A DNA stretch of 60,466 nt, taken from NCBI GenBank assembly GCA_044224875.1, contig JBGAJQ010000028.1, positions 1 through 60,466 on the forward strand, given 5' to 3'. The notes under the pieces are model-generated. The model was given only the letters and a program-made list of their open reading frames with translations. It was not told the origin of the DNA and did not search any database. Shown in pieces: positions 46,787-56,626 of the stretch. The translations under genes and the position numbers were made by a program. This DNA is from Gemmatimonadaceae bacterium. GTDB lineage: Bacteria; Gemmatimonadota; Gemmatimonadetes; Gemmatimonadales; Gemmatimonadaceae. Position 1 is the first letter of the stretch. The number at the start of each line of letters is the position of its first letter.

Positions 46787-47869
46787 CTAGCGCTTCCGCA
46801 CGCGCACCGAGCCAGAACCCGAGTCGATCATGATGCGCCCGCGACCGTCACCCAACCTGGCACGCACAAAGTCGTCATCCCGCTTCATGATCTGCACGGG
46901 GAAGTCGAAATCGATGCCCCCACTTCCGGTGTCCGCCTCCAACTCCGCACCTAACGACTCCGGTACGTTGATCGTGATGCTGCCCGATCCCGAGTCGATA
47001 CGCAGCGTCTGGACGTCCGAGGTGAGGTCCAGCCCCACCGATCCACTCCCCGAGTCAAGCACGATGTCCGGCGCGGAAATCGCGCGAAGGTCAACGGAAC
47101 CAGACCCGGAATCGATCCTCAAGTGCTCCACGGCCACCTCGTCAGCTCGCACACGCCCCGACCCTGAATCGAGGGACAAGCGTGCCCCCTTGACGCGCGA
47201 CAGTGTCAATCCACCGGAACCAGCGTCCACCGTCACTTCGCCTTCGGCGTCGGTCACGCTCGTTTCGCCCGAGCCCGTGTCCAGGGAGAGCATGCCCTTC
47301 GTGTGATTGGTCGTGACGTTGGCCGCCCAAACGTTCACGTTGACATCCCCATCGACGTTCTCGACCGTCGCGTCACCGGCAGCGAGTGCTATTCGCAAGC
47401 TGCGACCTCGCGGGAGCGAGACCGTCACATCCGCCGACGCGTCCAGCCCACGGCCAGAGGAGACGATCTCCACACGGTCACCTCGGCCAAACCACCCATC
47501 ACGACGCCCATCTCCATCGCCGAACGTCCCGTCGTCATTCACGTCTAGCTGCGTCCGGTCGCCGCGCCACCGCGATGAACTCCCCGACCCGCGAAAAACG
47601 ATCCGATCCGAAGGAAAGATGACTCGCACCGTCTCTCGGCCGCGCAGCGTCCCCGATTCGACTTTCAACTTCGACGCGTCATCTCCCTTCTTGGCGACGT
47701 TCACCTCGATCTCACCGGAAGATGTCCCCTGGACCCGGATGCTCCCGGCGAGGTTGTAGATGGCCGCCTCACTTCCTCGCAGCGTGAAGTGCTGTGCCAT
47801 GATGGGCCGTGCGGCCGCTAAGGAGAGTGCCACGACCAAGGCACTCGTGATGTTGTGCTTCATTCGCAT
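46787..47869 (-). CDS. DUF4097 beta-strand-repeat (adhesin-like) protein
   Basis: Signal peptide; repeated D(S/T)GSG units. Confidence 0.88.
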   Translation of the reverse strand: MRMKHNITSALVVALSLAAARPIMAQHFTLRGSEAAIYNLAGSIRVQGTSSGEIEVNVAKKGDDASKLKVESGTLRGRETVRVIFPSDRIVFRGSGSSSRWRGDRTQLDVNDDGTFGDGDGRRDGWFGRGDRVEIVSSGRGLDASADVTVSLPRGRSLRIALAAGDATVENVDGDVNVNVWAANVTTNHTKGMLSLDTGSGETSVTDAEGEVTVDAGSGGLTLSRVKGARLSLDSGSGRVRADEVAVEHLRIDSGSGSVDLRAISAPDIVLDSGSGSVGLDLTSDVQTLRIDSGSGSITINVPESLGAELEADTGSGGIDFDFPVQIMKRDDDFVRARLGDGRGRIMIDSGSGSVRVRKR

Positions 47870-48142
47870 GTCGGACGTCTCCGTCGATGCCGCCTGTAAG
47901 GTCAGAATTCGCCTTGTCCTCATCGGCCGTACGCCGTGTGGCGAATGCGGTTTCGACAGTGGCTCGGAGCACTTCGTTTGATCGCGAACAGGACTCAGCG
48001 ATTGGACGTGGGGTCGTCAACACGCGGGTAGTGTCCGCGGTGTGATAGGGCCGGCGCTTGGGACGGGGCCGCCAACTTCTCGCACCGAATCGCCGGCTAA
48101 TGCCCTTCCTCGCTTGCGACTTTGGCCACTCGCGACTTACTT

Positions 48143-48156
48143 ACTGACCAGTCAGT
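48143..48156. promoter_or_regulatory. TetR operator palindrome
   Basis: ACTGAC-CA-GTCAGT about 20 bp upstream of tetR. Confidence 0.7.
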
Positions 48157-48175
48157 TACAAGGACCTGCAGGCCA

Positions 48176-48889
48176 ATGGCTCGACGCACCATCTCAGCTC
48201 CCGCGGAAGACATCGCCGAATGTGACTCACCGGCCCACGCCCCTCGATGGCAGAGGCGGCCCGGAGACAGGCCTCATGAGATCATCGAGGCAGGGTTCCG
48301 TGTGTTTGGCGCCAACGGACTCTCTCGCACACGCCTCGAAGACGTCGCCCGTGAGGCCGGCGTGTCCAAGGGCACGATCTATCTCTACTTCGACTCCAAG
48401 GAATCGCTGTTCCGCGAAGTCGTGCGCGCCAAGATCATCACGGCGATCGAGGCCGCCGAGCGCACGGCGGAAACCACCCGCGACGACCCGGACGCGTTAA
48501 GGCAGTACGCCGTTAGGCACTGGGACTTCGTCACCTCGCCAGACTACCAGACGATGTACCGGCTGGTGAACAGCGACCTGCCCCGCTTCCCGGACCTCGC
48601 CCGGTTTTACGGCGCCGAAGTCATTCAGCGATCGGTACGCCTCCTCGTCTCCGTCGTGACTCGTGGGATGGAGCGTGGCGAGCTGCGCCGAATGGATCCC
48701 GTGATTGCCGCACGCATCTTCGGTTCGATGTTCACGACGCACGCCGTCTGGTTCGCCCGTCGTGACGCGTTCGGCACCTTCACCAACGAGTCCTCCGACT
48801 CGGTACGCGACAACTTGATCGATTTCTTCCTGCAGTCGATGGCGGTTGCCCCTGCCACGACTGCGTCCAGCACACGTCCCCGCAACTGA
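48176..48889 (+). CDS. TetR/AcrR-family regulator
   Basis: TRLEDVAREAGVSKGTIYLYFDSKESLF. Confidence 0.93.
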   Translation: MARRTISAPAEDIAECDSPAHAPRWQRRPGDRPHEIIEAGFRVFGANGLSRTRLEDVAREAGVSKGTIYLYFDSKESLFREVVRAKIITAIEAAERTAETTRDDPDALRQYAVRHWDFVTSPDYQTMYRLVNSDLPRFPDLARFYGAEVIQRSVRLLVSVVTRGMERGELRRMDPVIAARIFGSMFTTHAVWFARRDAFGTFTNESSDSVRDNLIDFFLQSMAVAPATTASSTRPRN

Positions 48890-50211
48890 TGCGACTCCGT
48901 TCCACTCTCCTCCCCGTCCTCCTTGCGGCGCCACACGTGCTCGGCGCCCAGGCCTCGCGCGCGCTGTCGCTCGGCGATGCCATTCAACTCGCGGCGGATA
49001 AGGGTGCCCCTGCCGAAGCGGCGCGCGCCCGCACCGAGCAGGCCGACGCCCGCGTGCGGCAGCGCCGAGCCGACCTGCTGCCAAACCTGTCTGCCGTGGC
49101 CCTCCGCAGCGGCCGTCAGTTCAACACCGCAACGTTAGGCTTCGACTTCAAGGGGCCCGACGGACAGTCGTTCTTCAATCCGCGGGGCATTGTGTTAGGG
49201 CCGGTGAACACCGTGGACCTGCGAGCGCGCCTGTCACAATCGATCGTGGACCTTGGCGCCGTAGGCCGGGTGCGAGCGGCGGCGGCCAGCGCCCACGCAA
49301 CCAAGCTGGAGGTCGACATTGCCGCCGAGCAGTCGGCGGTCGCGGCTGCGCTAGCATATGCGCGAGCCGCTCGTGGCGACGCACAGGTTCAGGCTCGCGC
49401 CTCGGACTCCACGCTGGCGGCGGAGCTCCTCACGATTGCACAGGACCAGCTGACGGCCGGTGTCGGCATCGCGCTGGACGTCACCCGGGCCCGATCGCAG
49501 CTGGCGACCATTCGGGCGCAACTCATTAGCGCGCGCAACGAACGCGATCGTGCGCGACTGGAGCTGCAACGCGCGCTCTCCCTTCCGGCAGATTCGGAAG
49601 TCGCCCTCACCGACTCGCTCGCGGGTCTCGTCACTCGCGACCTGACCGCCGGTGACGGAAGTGCACCAGCCCGCCGGCCGGAACTGCGCAGCCTGGACGC
49701 CCAGCGTACCGCCCTCGACGGCCAGGTACGCGCGACGCAGCTGGAGCGACTGCCGGTGCTCTCGGCGTTTGGCGATCATGGCCCGATCCAGGGTGGCGGC
49801 GGCGCGTACCTGGCGACGTACACATTTGGCATTCAGCTGGCGGTCCCCATCTTCGACGGATTCCGGCGCGAGGGCCGGCTGGCGGAGGAGCATGCCCAGC
49901 AACGAGAGATCGACATCCGCCGGCACGACCTCGAACAGCAGGTGCAATTGGACATCAAGTCGGCGACCCTGGACCTCGCCTCGGCGACCGAGCAGACCAC
50001 CGCCGCGCGCGAGCGATTGGTGCTGGCCGACCAGGAAGTGGCGCAGGCACGTGACCGCTTTCGCGCCGGCGTTGCTGGCAACGGAGACGTGGTGTCAGCA
50101 TCGCTGTCACTGGGATTGGCACGCACCCAGCTCGTTGATGCCATGGCGGCACAGCTGAACGCACGGATCGCCCTGGCCCGCGCGCGCGGCACGGCGCGGC
50201 ACCTTCGCTGA
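48889..50211 (+). CDS. TolC-family outer-membrane efflux protein
   Basis: Signal peptide; two OEP repeats (RADLLPNLS and RLPVLS...PIFDG). Confidence 0.9.
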   Translation: MRLRSTLLPVLLAAPHVLGAQASRALSLGDAIQLAADKGAPAEAARARTEQADARVRQRRADLLPNLSAVALRSGRQFNTATLGFDFKGPDGQSFFNPRGIVLGPVNTVDLRARLSQSIVDLGAVGRVRAAAASAHATKLEVDIAAEQSAVAAALAYARAARGDAQVQARASDSTLAAELLTIAQDQLTAGVGIALDVTRARSQLATIRAQLISARNERDRARLELQRALSLPADSEVALTDSLAGLVTRDLTAGDGSAPARRPELRSLDAQRTALDGQVRATQLERLPVLSAFGDHGPIQGGGGAYLATYTFGIQLAVPIFDGFRREGRLAEEHAQQREIDIRRHDLEQQVQLDIKSATLDLASATEQTTAARERLVLADQEVAQARDRFRAGVAGNGDVVSASLSLGLARTQLVDAMAAQLNARIALARARGTARHLR

Positions 50212-50248
50212 TCACTTCACAGACGTCTTTCACGAGAACCTTCCCATC

Positions 50249-51355
50249 ATGGCCACTGCAGTCTCCTCCTCGTCGGGTAGTAGTCGCGCGACGGCTGAAG
50301 CCCCCGCTGCGCCGCAGCGCCGTCGTCCGGTCGTCCTTGGCGTCTTTGCGATCCTTGCAGTCGCCGCGGCGATCTTCGCCTTCCAGAAGTGGTCGTACGG
50401 TCGCGTGCATGAGTCCACCGACAATGCGCAGGTGGACGGTCACATCGTCCCGGTGCTGGCCCGGGTCGGCGGCTACGTCAAGAGCGTTTCGGCCGAGGAG
50501 AACACGCCGGTTCGCGAGGGCGACACGCTCGTCCGCATCGACGACAGTGAATACCGCGTGCGACTGGCGTCGGCGCAGGCCGACCTCGAGGCCGCGAGAG
50601 TTGTGGCTGGCGGGCGGGGAGTCGTCGGTCAGTCGGCGTCGCTGGTGGAGAGTGCCACCAGCCAACGGGGGGCCCTGGAGTCGCAGATTCGGGCCGCCCA
50701 GGCGACGTACCAGAAGGCGCAGGCCGACCTGGGCCGCCTGAAGGAACTCGCCGACAAGCAGGTGGTGTCCCGCCAGCAACTGGACGCGGCGCAATGGGCC
50801 GTGACGAACGCATCGGCCACCATCGAGAGCCTCGAACGCCAGGCCGCCGGTGCGGCCGCGGGGATCACCAACGCCGAAGCCGGGACGCGTCTGGCCCAGG
50901 CGCGCGTGCGCGCCGCCACGGCCGCGATCGACAACGCCAGCTTGCAACTCTCCTACACCGCGGTGACGTCGCCACGATCCGGCGTCGTCTCTCGCCGTCA
51001 GGTTGAACCCGGACAGCTCGTGCAACCCGGGCAACCCTTGTTGACCGTCGTGGACGACCAGGACCTCTGGGTGACGGCGAACTTCAAGGAGACACAGCTC
51101 GAACGTATTCATGTCGGCCAGGGCGTGGACTTGGACGTCGACGCGTTTCCGGACTGCCAGGCCAAGGGCAAGGTGGAGAGTGTCAGCGCTGCCACGGGCG
51201 CCCGCTTTGCCTTGCTCCCCCCCGACAACGCCACCGGCAACTTCACCAAGGTCGTCCAACGCGTGCCAGTCCGCATTCAAGTCACCGAAGGTTGCGGCAA
51301 GGAGCACCCCCTTCGGCCCGGCATGAGCCTCACCGCCCACGTGATCACCAAGTGA
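50249..51355 (+). CDS. EmrA-like membrane fusion protein
   Basis: STDNAQVDG, WVTANFKETQL, NATGNFTKVVQRVPVRI. Confidence 0.93.
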   Translation: MATAVSSSSGSSRATAEAPAAPQRRRPVVLGVFAILAVAAAIFAFQKWSYGRVHESTDNAQVDGHIVPVLARVGGYVKSVSAEENTPVREGDTLVRIDDSEYRVRLASAQADLEAARVVAGGRGVVGQSASLVESATSQRGALESQIRAAQATYQKAQADLGRLKELADKQVVSRQQLDAAQWAVTNASATIESLERQAAGAAAGITNAEAGTRLAQARVRAATAAIDNASLQLSYTAVTSPRSGVVSRRQVEPGQLVQPGQPLLTVVDDQDLWVTANFKETQLERIHVGQGVDLDVDAFPDCQAKGKVESVSAATGARFALLPPDNATGNFTKVVQRVPVRIQVTEGCGKEHPLRPGMSLTAHVITK

Positions 51356-52902
51356 GCGACGACCGCTACAAGTACAAGTACCAGATCGCCATCGCCGTCA
51401 CGCTGGCGACGGTGCTGGAGATCATCGATACGTCCATCGTGAACGTCGCGATTCCCCACATGATGGGGAATCTCGGCGCCACGGTCGACGAGATCACGTG
51501 GGTGTCCGTCGGCTACATCATCGCCAACGTCATCATCATCCCGATGTCGAGCTGGCTGTCGGCGTTCTTCGGCCGGAAGCGATACCTCGCGGGGTCGATC
51601 GCCATCTTCATCATTGCCTCCTTTTTCTGCGGCAACTCCAGCACGCTCGGGTCGCTGGTCTTCTGGCGCGTGGTCCAGGGCATTGGCGGTGGTGCCCTGC
51701 TGTCCACCTCCCAAGCCACGCTGTTCGAGGCGTTCCCGCCCAGCGAAGTGGCGATCGGCCAGGCCATGTTCGGGATCGGGGTCATGGTGGGCCCCACCCT
51801 CGGCCCAACGTTAGGCGGATGGATTACCGACAACTACAACTGGCCCTGGATCTTCTACATCAACATCCCGCTCGGCATCATCGCCTTCCTGATGGTGATT
51901 GCCTATGTGCATGACTCGGCACACCAGGTGAAAGCAAGCACGGTCGACGTGCTCGGCATCGTGCTCTTGACCATCGCCGTGGGATCCCTGCAATGGATGC
52001 TGGAACGCGGTGAGCGCTATGATTGGTTCGACTCGCGCTTCGTCACCATCCTGTTTGTGACCTTCGTTACGTCGACGCTGCTCCTCATCTGGCGGGAGCT
52101 CTCGATCGACGAGCCGGTGATCAACTTCCGCGTGCTGGCGAACCGGCAGCTGGCCACCGGCGTGGCATTCGGTGCCGCGTTAGGCTTGTCGCTGTTCGGC
52201 GGTGTCTTCGTATTGCCGATCTTTCTGCAGTCCCTGCACGGCCTGTCGGCAGCGCAAACCGGCATGGCGTTGCTGCCCGGCGCCCTCGCCTCGGCGGTGA
52301 TGATGGGACTCATGGGACGGTTCCGCGGGCGATTCGACGCCCGGCCCTCGATCGTCATCGGCGCCTTCTTGTTCCTCGCCTCGCAGATCCTGCTCTCGCG
52401 CATGACGTTGCAAAGCTCCACCGACGAGATCTTCGTTCCCCTGATCCTGCGTGGTCTGGGCCTCGGGCTCATCTTCGTTCCGCTCACCTCCGCCGCCATG
52501 GCCGAGGTGTCGTTCCGCGACCTGCCCCAGGCCACGGCATTGTTCAACCTGTTCCGGCAGCTTGGAGGCTCACTCGGAATCGCCATCATGGCCACGCTGC
52601 TCGGACGGTACACGGCCGCCAACAAGGCCCTGATCACCGAGCACGTCGGACTCTTCGACGCCGTCTCGCGGCAGCGGTTGGACCTGCTGACCCAGGGCCT
52701 CGCCGCACGCGGCGCCAACTTGTTCCTGGCCAAGCAGCAGGCGCTCATGGCGCTCGACCGCCAGATCACGGCCCAAGCCAGCGTCATTGCTTTTGGTCGC
52801 ATTTACCTGTTGAACGGCATCCTGCTATGCAGCTCCTTGCCGTTGTTGCTGCTGTGGCATACTGGCCGCGCCCGCCAATTCGGGCCCAGCACCGATCACT
52901 GA
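51352..52902 (+). CDS. EmrB/DHA2 MFS efflux transporter
   Basis: IDTSIVNVAIP, GPTLGPTLGGWITDNYNWPWIFYINIP, LERGERYDWF; GTG start overlapping the emrA-like stop. Confidence 0.94.
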   Translation: MSDDRYKYKYQIAIAVTLATVLEIIDTSIVNVAIPHMMGNLGATVDEITWVSVGYIIANVIIIPMSSWLSAFFGRKRYLAGSIAIFIIASFFCGNSSTLGSLVFWRVVQGIGGGALLSTSQATLFEAFPPSEVAIGQAMFGIGVMVGPTLGPTLGGWITDNYNWPWIFYINIPLGIIAFLMVIAYVHDSAHQVKASTVDVLGIVLLTIAVGSLQWMLERGERYDWFDSRFVTILFVTFVTSTLLLIWRELSIDEPVINFRVLANRQLATGVAFGAALGLSLFGGVFVLPIFLQSLHGLSAAQTGMALLPGALASAVMMGLMGRFRGRFDARPSIVIGAFLFLASQILLSRMTLQSSTDEIFVPLILRGLGLGLIFVPLTSAAMAEVSFRDLPQATALFNLFRQLGGSLGIAIMATLLGRYTAANKALITEHVGLFDAVSRQRLDLLTQGLAARGANLFLAKQQALMALDRQITAQASVIAFGRIYLLNGILLCSSLPLLLLWHTGRARQFGPSTDH

Positions 52903-52914
52903 GGCGTCGCCATC

Positions 52915-53457
52915 GTGGACTCCTCGGACCGAACACCGCTTTGCGTGGACCTCGATGGCACGCTCATCGCCGGCGACACTCTCGTGATCTCGTTGCGTGA
53001 GCTGGTGCGGACACAACCGTGGAAGCTGCCGGGCGTAGCCCTTGCCCTCACGCGCGGTCGCGGCGAGCTGAAGACGGCCATCGCGGCAAGCGTCGTCCCC
53101 GATCCACACCGCCTGCCATGGCGCGACGCGGTGGTGGCGTTCGTTCGCGATCAACACGACCAGGGGCGACGCGTACTCCTCGCCACGGCCGCACACCGAC
53201 GCATCGCCGAGGCCGTGGCAGCGTACCTCACATGTTTCGATGCCATCGTGGCCACCGAGGGAAGCGACAACGCCAAGGGCACGGCGAAGGTGGCGGCGAT
53301 CCGGCGCCACATCGGGGCGGGACCTTTCGACTACATGGGTGACTCCATGGCCGACCTTCCGATCTTTGCCGCCGCTCGGCACGGCTACCTCGTGGCACCG
53401 TCACCCGAACTACACCGGCGAGCCATGCAAGCTGGGACCATCGTGAAGGTTTTTTGA
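52915..53457 (+). CDS. Stand-alone HAD-like domain (similar to the N-terminus of HAD-UbiA fusions)
   Basis: PLCVDLDGTL..DTL, LLATAA, N.KG..K, FDYMGDS.ADLP. Confidence 0.8.
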   Translation: MDSSDRTPLCVDLDGTLIAGDTLVISLRELVRTQPWKLPGVALALTRGRGELKTAIAASVVPDPHRLPWRDAVVAFVRDQHDQGRRVLLATAAHRRIAEAVAAYLTCFDAIVATEGSDNAKGTAKVAAIRRHIGAGPFDYMGDSMADLPIFAAARHGYLVAPSPELHRRAMQAGTIVKVF

Positions 53458-53533
53458 TGTGTCGCAGCGGTCGGTGCTACCTTCAGCTGCACCTCTTCCG
53501 CCGCCGCCCCTCCTTCGACTCACTATTCCCGCC

Positions 53534-54139
53534 ATGTCCGAATCCGCGCTGCCACCCCGCCACGAAGCCCACGCCCTCATGTGCGAGTACACGCAGAGCG
53601 AGTCCCTTCGCAAGCATATGTTGGGCGTCGAAGCGGCCATGCGCGCCTACGCAGCCCGACTCGGCGGCGACGTCGAACGCTGGGGATTGTGCGGCTTGGT
53701 GCACGACTTCGACTACGAACGTTGGCCTAACGCGGAGCATTCGGCAGAGAAGGAGCACCCTGCCGAGGGCGTTCGCATCCTGCGCGGCCTCGGCTATCCC
53801 GAAGACATCCTGCAGGCGATCCTCGGTCACGCGACCTACTGCAACGTCCCCCGGGAAACCCCGATGGCACGTACGCTATTTGCCGTGGACGAGCTCAGCG
53901 GGTTGATCACCGCCACGGCGCTCGTCCGCCCGTCGCGGAGCATTCTCGAGGTAGATGCCAAGTCTGTCCGTAAGAAGATGAAGGACAAGGCCTTCGCCAG
54001 AGGCGTGAGTCGCGAGGATGTCCTGCTCGGTGCCAGTGAGATGGGCGTCGACCTCGACGAGCACATCCAGTTCGTCGTGGATGCCATGAAGGGCCAGGCC
54101 GAGCAGCTCGGGCTAGCGGGTGTTCCCACTGGTGGCTAG
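53534..54139 (+). CDS. HD-domain protein
   Basis: LRKHMLGVEAAM, HDFDYE, DELSG, KKMKDKAFARGVSRED. Confidence 0.9.
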   Translation: MSESALPPRHEAHALMCEYTQSESLRKHMLGVEAAMRAYAARLGGDVERWGLCGLVHDFDYERWPNAEHSAEKEHPAEGVRILRGLGYPEDILQAILGHATYCNVPRETPMARTLFAVDELSGLITATALVRPSRSILEVDAKSVRKKMKDKAFARGVSREDVLLGASEMGVDLDEHIQFVVDAMKGQAEQLGLAGVPTGG

Positions 54140-54195
54140 CTCTCAACATTGCCCACGACGGACGCGTTTAATGGTCGTCCTCTTCCACCGAACGC

Positions 54196-54819
54196 GTGGC
54201 AACGTCACTCGCGCAACATCTGGATGTCGTCGAACCCGCCGCCCAGCGACAGGGGCCGCGTCGCGTGCCTGCTGATCCGGCGGATCGTGAGCTCGAGCAG
54301 CAGCTCGTCGTCGCGGCGCAACGCGGCGACACCGACGCCTTTGCGTCGCTCGTGCACACGCATCAGCGGCGTGCGTACGCCGTAGCGCGGGCCATCGTGC
54401 TGACGCACGAAGACGCCGAGGATGCAGTGCAGGAGGGATTCCTTCACGCCTATCGTGCGCTTGACCGATTCCTACCGGACCAAGCCTTTGCCGCCTGGTT
54501 GCATCGCATTGTCGCGAATGCCGCACTCGACATCACGCGCCGCAAGAAGGTCCGCGATGCCGATGCCCTCGCCGACTCCATCGCCTCGCCATTCCACGAC
54601 CCGGCGGAGTCGGACGAGTTACGACGGCGACTCGACGCTGCGCTCAAGACACTGGGGGAACGGCAGCGTTCGGTGATCGTCCTTCATGATGTGGAAGGGT
54701 TCAAACATTCCGAGATCGGAAAGATCCTGGGCATTCCCGAGGGAACGGCTCGGTCCGATCTCCACCACGCGCGCGCTCGTCTGCGCTCCGTATTGGGAAG
54801 TCTGAGGAGTAAGCTATGA
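54196..54819 (+). CDS. ECF sigma-70 factor
   Basis: DAEDAVQE, AWLHRIVAN, EIGKILGIPEGTARS. Start uncertain. Confidence 0.92.
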   Translation: MATSLAQHLDVVEPAAQRQGPRRVPADPADRELEQQLVVAAQRGDTDAFASLVHTHQRRAYAVARAIVLTHEDAEDAVQEGFLHAYRALDRFLPDQAFAAWLHRIVANAALDITRRKKVRDADALADSIASPFHDPAESDELRRRLDAALKTLGERQRSVIVLHDVEGFKHSEIGKILGIPEGTARSDLHHARARLRSVLGSLRSKL

Positions 54820-55202
54820 AGCTGATCCGCGGCGATGGTCGTGATGCCGGCGACGAAGACGTGACGGAGGCGCTGAGGACGCACTATGCGCCACCGGCGG
54901 ATGACGGGTACTGGGCGCGACTCGAGCGCCACGTCATGACCCGGATTCTTGCCGAGGGTGCGGCTTCACGCGAGTGGTGGTCTTACTTCCGCGGCTGGAC
55001 GCGACTTGGTGTTGCAGCTGGAATCGCCGCGGCGCTCATTGCCGGAGCGGCAGCTTGGCGCTCAGAGCAGGAACGGGAGCGTGTGGCCTATGAGGAGCTA
55101 CTCGGCGCCCCAGCGGATTCCTTGATACTTACCGAGACCGTGGGCAACGAGCCGAGCGCGACCACGCGCGGCGCGACGCTTCGTTACCTCCTTTCGCGCT
55201 GA
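54816..55202 (+). CDS. Putative membrane anti-sigma factor
   Basis: ATGA-coupled to the ECF gene; YW.RL..RI segment then a single TM. Confidence 0.65.
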   Translation: MKLIRGDGRDAGDEDVTEALRTHYAPPADDGYWARLERHVMTRILAEGAASREWWSYFRGWTRLGVAAGIAAALIAGAAAWRSEQERERVAYEELLGAPADSLILTETVGNEPSATTRGATLRYLLSR

Positions 55203-55208
55203 GCTCCC

Positions 55209-55592
55209 ATGACACCGTCTAAGCAACAGGCCATGATGTTCCTCCTCGGCGCGGTACTGGTCGGGGGAGCGCTCGGATTCACGGCCGATCGCGTCATGAT
55301 TCAGGATCGGATCTGCGCGACCGATGCCGCCGTCCAGCAGGCCAGGACGTCACTGGCGGATCGGCTGTCGCTGTCGAAGGATCAGGAGCGCAAGGTCGAC
55401 TCGATCTTGGATGAGCGACACAAGCAGTATCAAGTCGTCATGGCGCCAGTTCGGGGTCAGTTGGACTCGGTTAAGCTCCATTCGCGCGCCCAGATCCGCC
55501 TTCTCCTGGACAGCGGTCAGGCGGTGGCGTTCGACGAGTTCATTCGAGAGATCAACGACTCCACAGCAAAGAAGCACGACCGAGAGGAGTGA
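55209..55592 (+). CDS. Putative periplasmic sensor/CpxP-like helical protein
   Basis: N-terminal TM; LSLSKDQ...IR.LLD..Q motifs; third gene of the ECF operon. Confidence 0.65.
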   Translation: MTPSKQQAMMFLLGAVLVGGALGFTADRVMIQDRICATDAAVQQARTSLADRLSLSKDQERKVDSILDERHKQYQVVMAPVRGQLDSVKLHSRAQIRLLLDSGQAVAFDEFIREINDSTAKKHDREE

Positions 55593-55622
55593 GCTGCGGG
55601 CTGGCGAATTGGTTGGCTTCCG

Positions 55623-55655
55623 GGGCGACGCGATGCGCGTCGCCCTTTCTTTTTT
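55623..55655 (+). terminator. Rho-independent terminator
   Basis: GGGCGACGCG-ATG-CGCGTCGCCC followed by TTTCTTTTTT. Confidence 0.8.
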
Positions 55656-55761
55656 GTCGGCTCCACGCGGCTTCAGGCATCTGGTCACCTTGCCGGACCG
55701 AACGGACACACCCCTTCGCTCGAACCGCTTCGCTCGAACCGCTGACTGCCAGATGGTCTTG

Positions 55762-55807
55762 CGATATATCTTTGCAACGATATATCTTCATCGCCAACGA
55801 TATATCG
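55762..55807. promoter_or_regulatory. Triple CGATATATC boxes, probable PadR operator
   Basis: CGATATATC at 55762, 55778 and 55798, directly before the padR RBS. Confidence 0.75.
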
Positions 55808-55817
55808 GAGTTGTTTT

Positions 55818-56441
55818 ATGTGGTCACGTTTTGATTCCTGCGGTGGTCCTCGTGCCGGTGGCGGCCGAGGTGGCTGGTCTTTCCAGGAGCCGTGGGGCGT
55901 GTGGATGGGGAAAGGGGGGCGGCGACGAGGGTTTCGCGGCGGGCGCATGTTCGAGCAGGGCGACCTCAAGTACGTCATCCTGAAGCTTCTTGAAGAGAAG
56001 CCCCGGCATGGGTACGAGATCATCAAGGAGCTCGAGGAGCAGTCGGGGGGCGCGTACAGCCCAAGCGCCGGCACGGTCTATCCGACGCTACAGCTACTCG
56101 AGGACCTAGGGTACGCCTCCGTTGCGCTCGAGGAAGGAGGCAAGAAGATCTACTCGATCACGGATGCCGGTCGGCAGTATCTGGATCAGAACAAGTCGAC
56201 CGTTGAGGACGTCTTCGAGCGGATCTCGGACATCGGTGCCAGCATCCTGTCGGACGCCGTCATGGACATCAACCGGGCATTCCGGGATGTCGCCGGAGCG
56301 ACGTATGGTTCGGTGCGGGAGTACCACAAGGACAAGGACTTGGCCCTAAAGGTCCGACAAATCCTTGAGAAGGCGGCCGGTGAACTTCGGGCGGCGGTGG
56401 ACGCCAGCCGGAGCGCGCCTCCTGCGGGAGACGCCAAGTAG
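55818..56441 (+). CDS. PadR-family (YqjI-like) regulator
   Basis: GDLKYVILKLLEEKPRHGYEIIKEL, YSPSAGTVYPTLQLLED. Confidence 0.92.
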   Translation: MWSRFDSCGGPRAGGGRGGWSFQEPWGVWMGKGGRRRGFRGGRMFEQGDLKYVILKLLEEKPRHGYEIIKELEEQSGGAYSPSAGTVYPTLQLLEDLGYASVALEEGGKKIYSITDAGRQYLDQNKSTVEDVFERISDIGASILSDAVMDINRAFRDVAGATYGSVREYHKDKDLALKVRQILEKAAGELRAAVDASRSAPPAGDAK

Positions 56442-56478
56442 GTCGCTTTACCGCCAAGCGCTTTCAGATACATTTCAG

Positions 56479-56515
56479 ACGGGTCGCGGCCTCGGTGCCG
56501 CGACCCGTTTTTCTT
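56479..56515 (+). terminator. Rho-independent terminator
   Basis: ACGGGTCGCGGC-CTCGGT-GCCGCGACCCGT followed by TTTTCTT. Confidence 0.8.
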
Positions 56516-56626
56516 GCGATCATCGCAACCTCGAGTCTCTCGAAATCATCAGGTGCGTCTAGCGCCTTCCGGTACATGAGCGGAACTCCGGCTCCACCAG
56601 GAGAAGGCGAACCGTCACTTCGCGCG

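Noticed and set aside
17965..51340. Long antisense or alternate-frame ORFs (e.g. 17965-19275, 27783-28892, 44158-45405, 49955-51340)
   Set aside because: Shadow ORFs of well-supported genes in high-GC DNA, with no family motifs.
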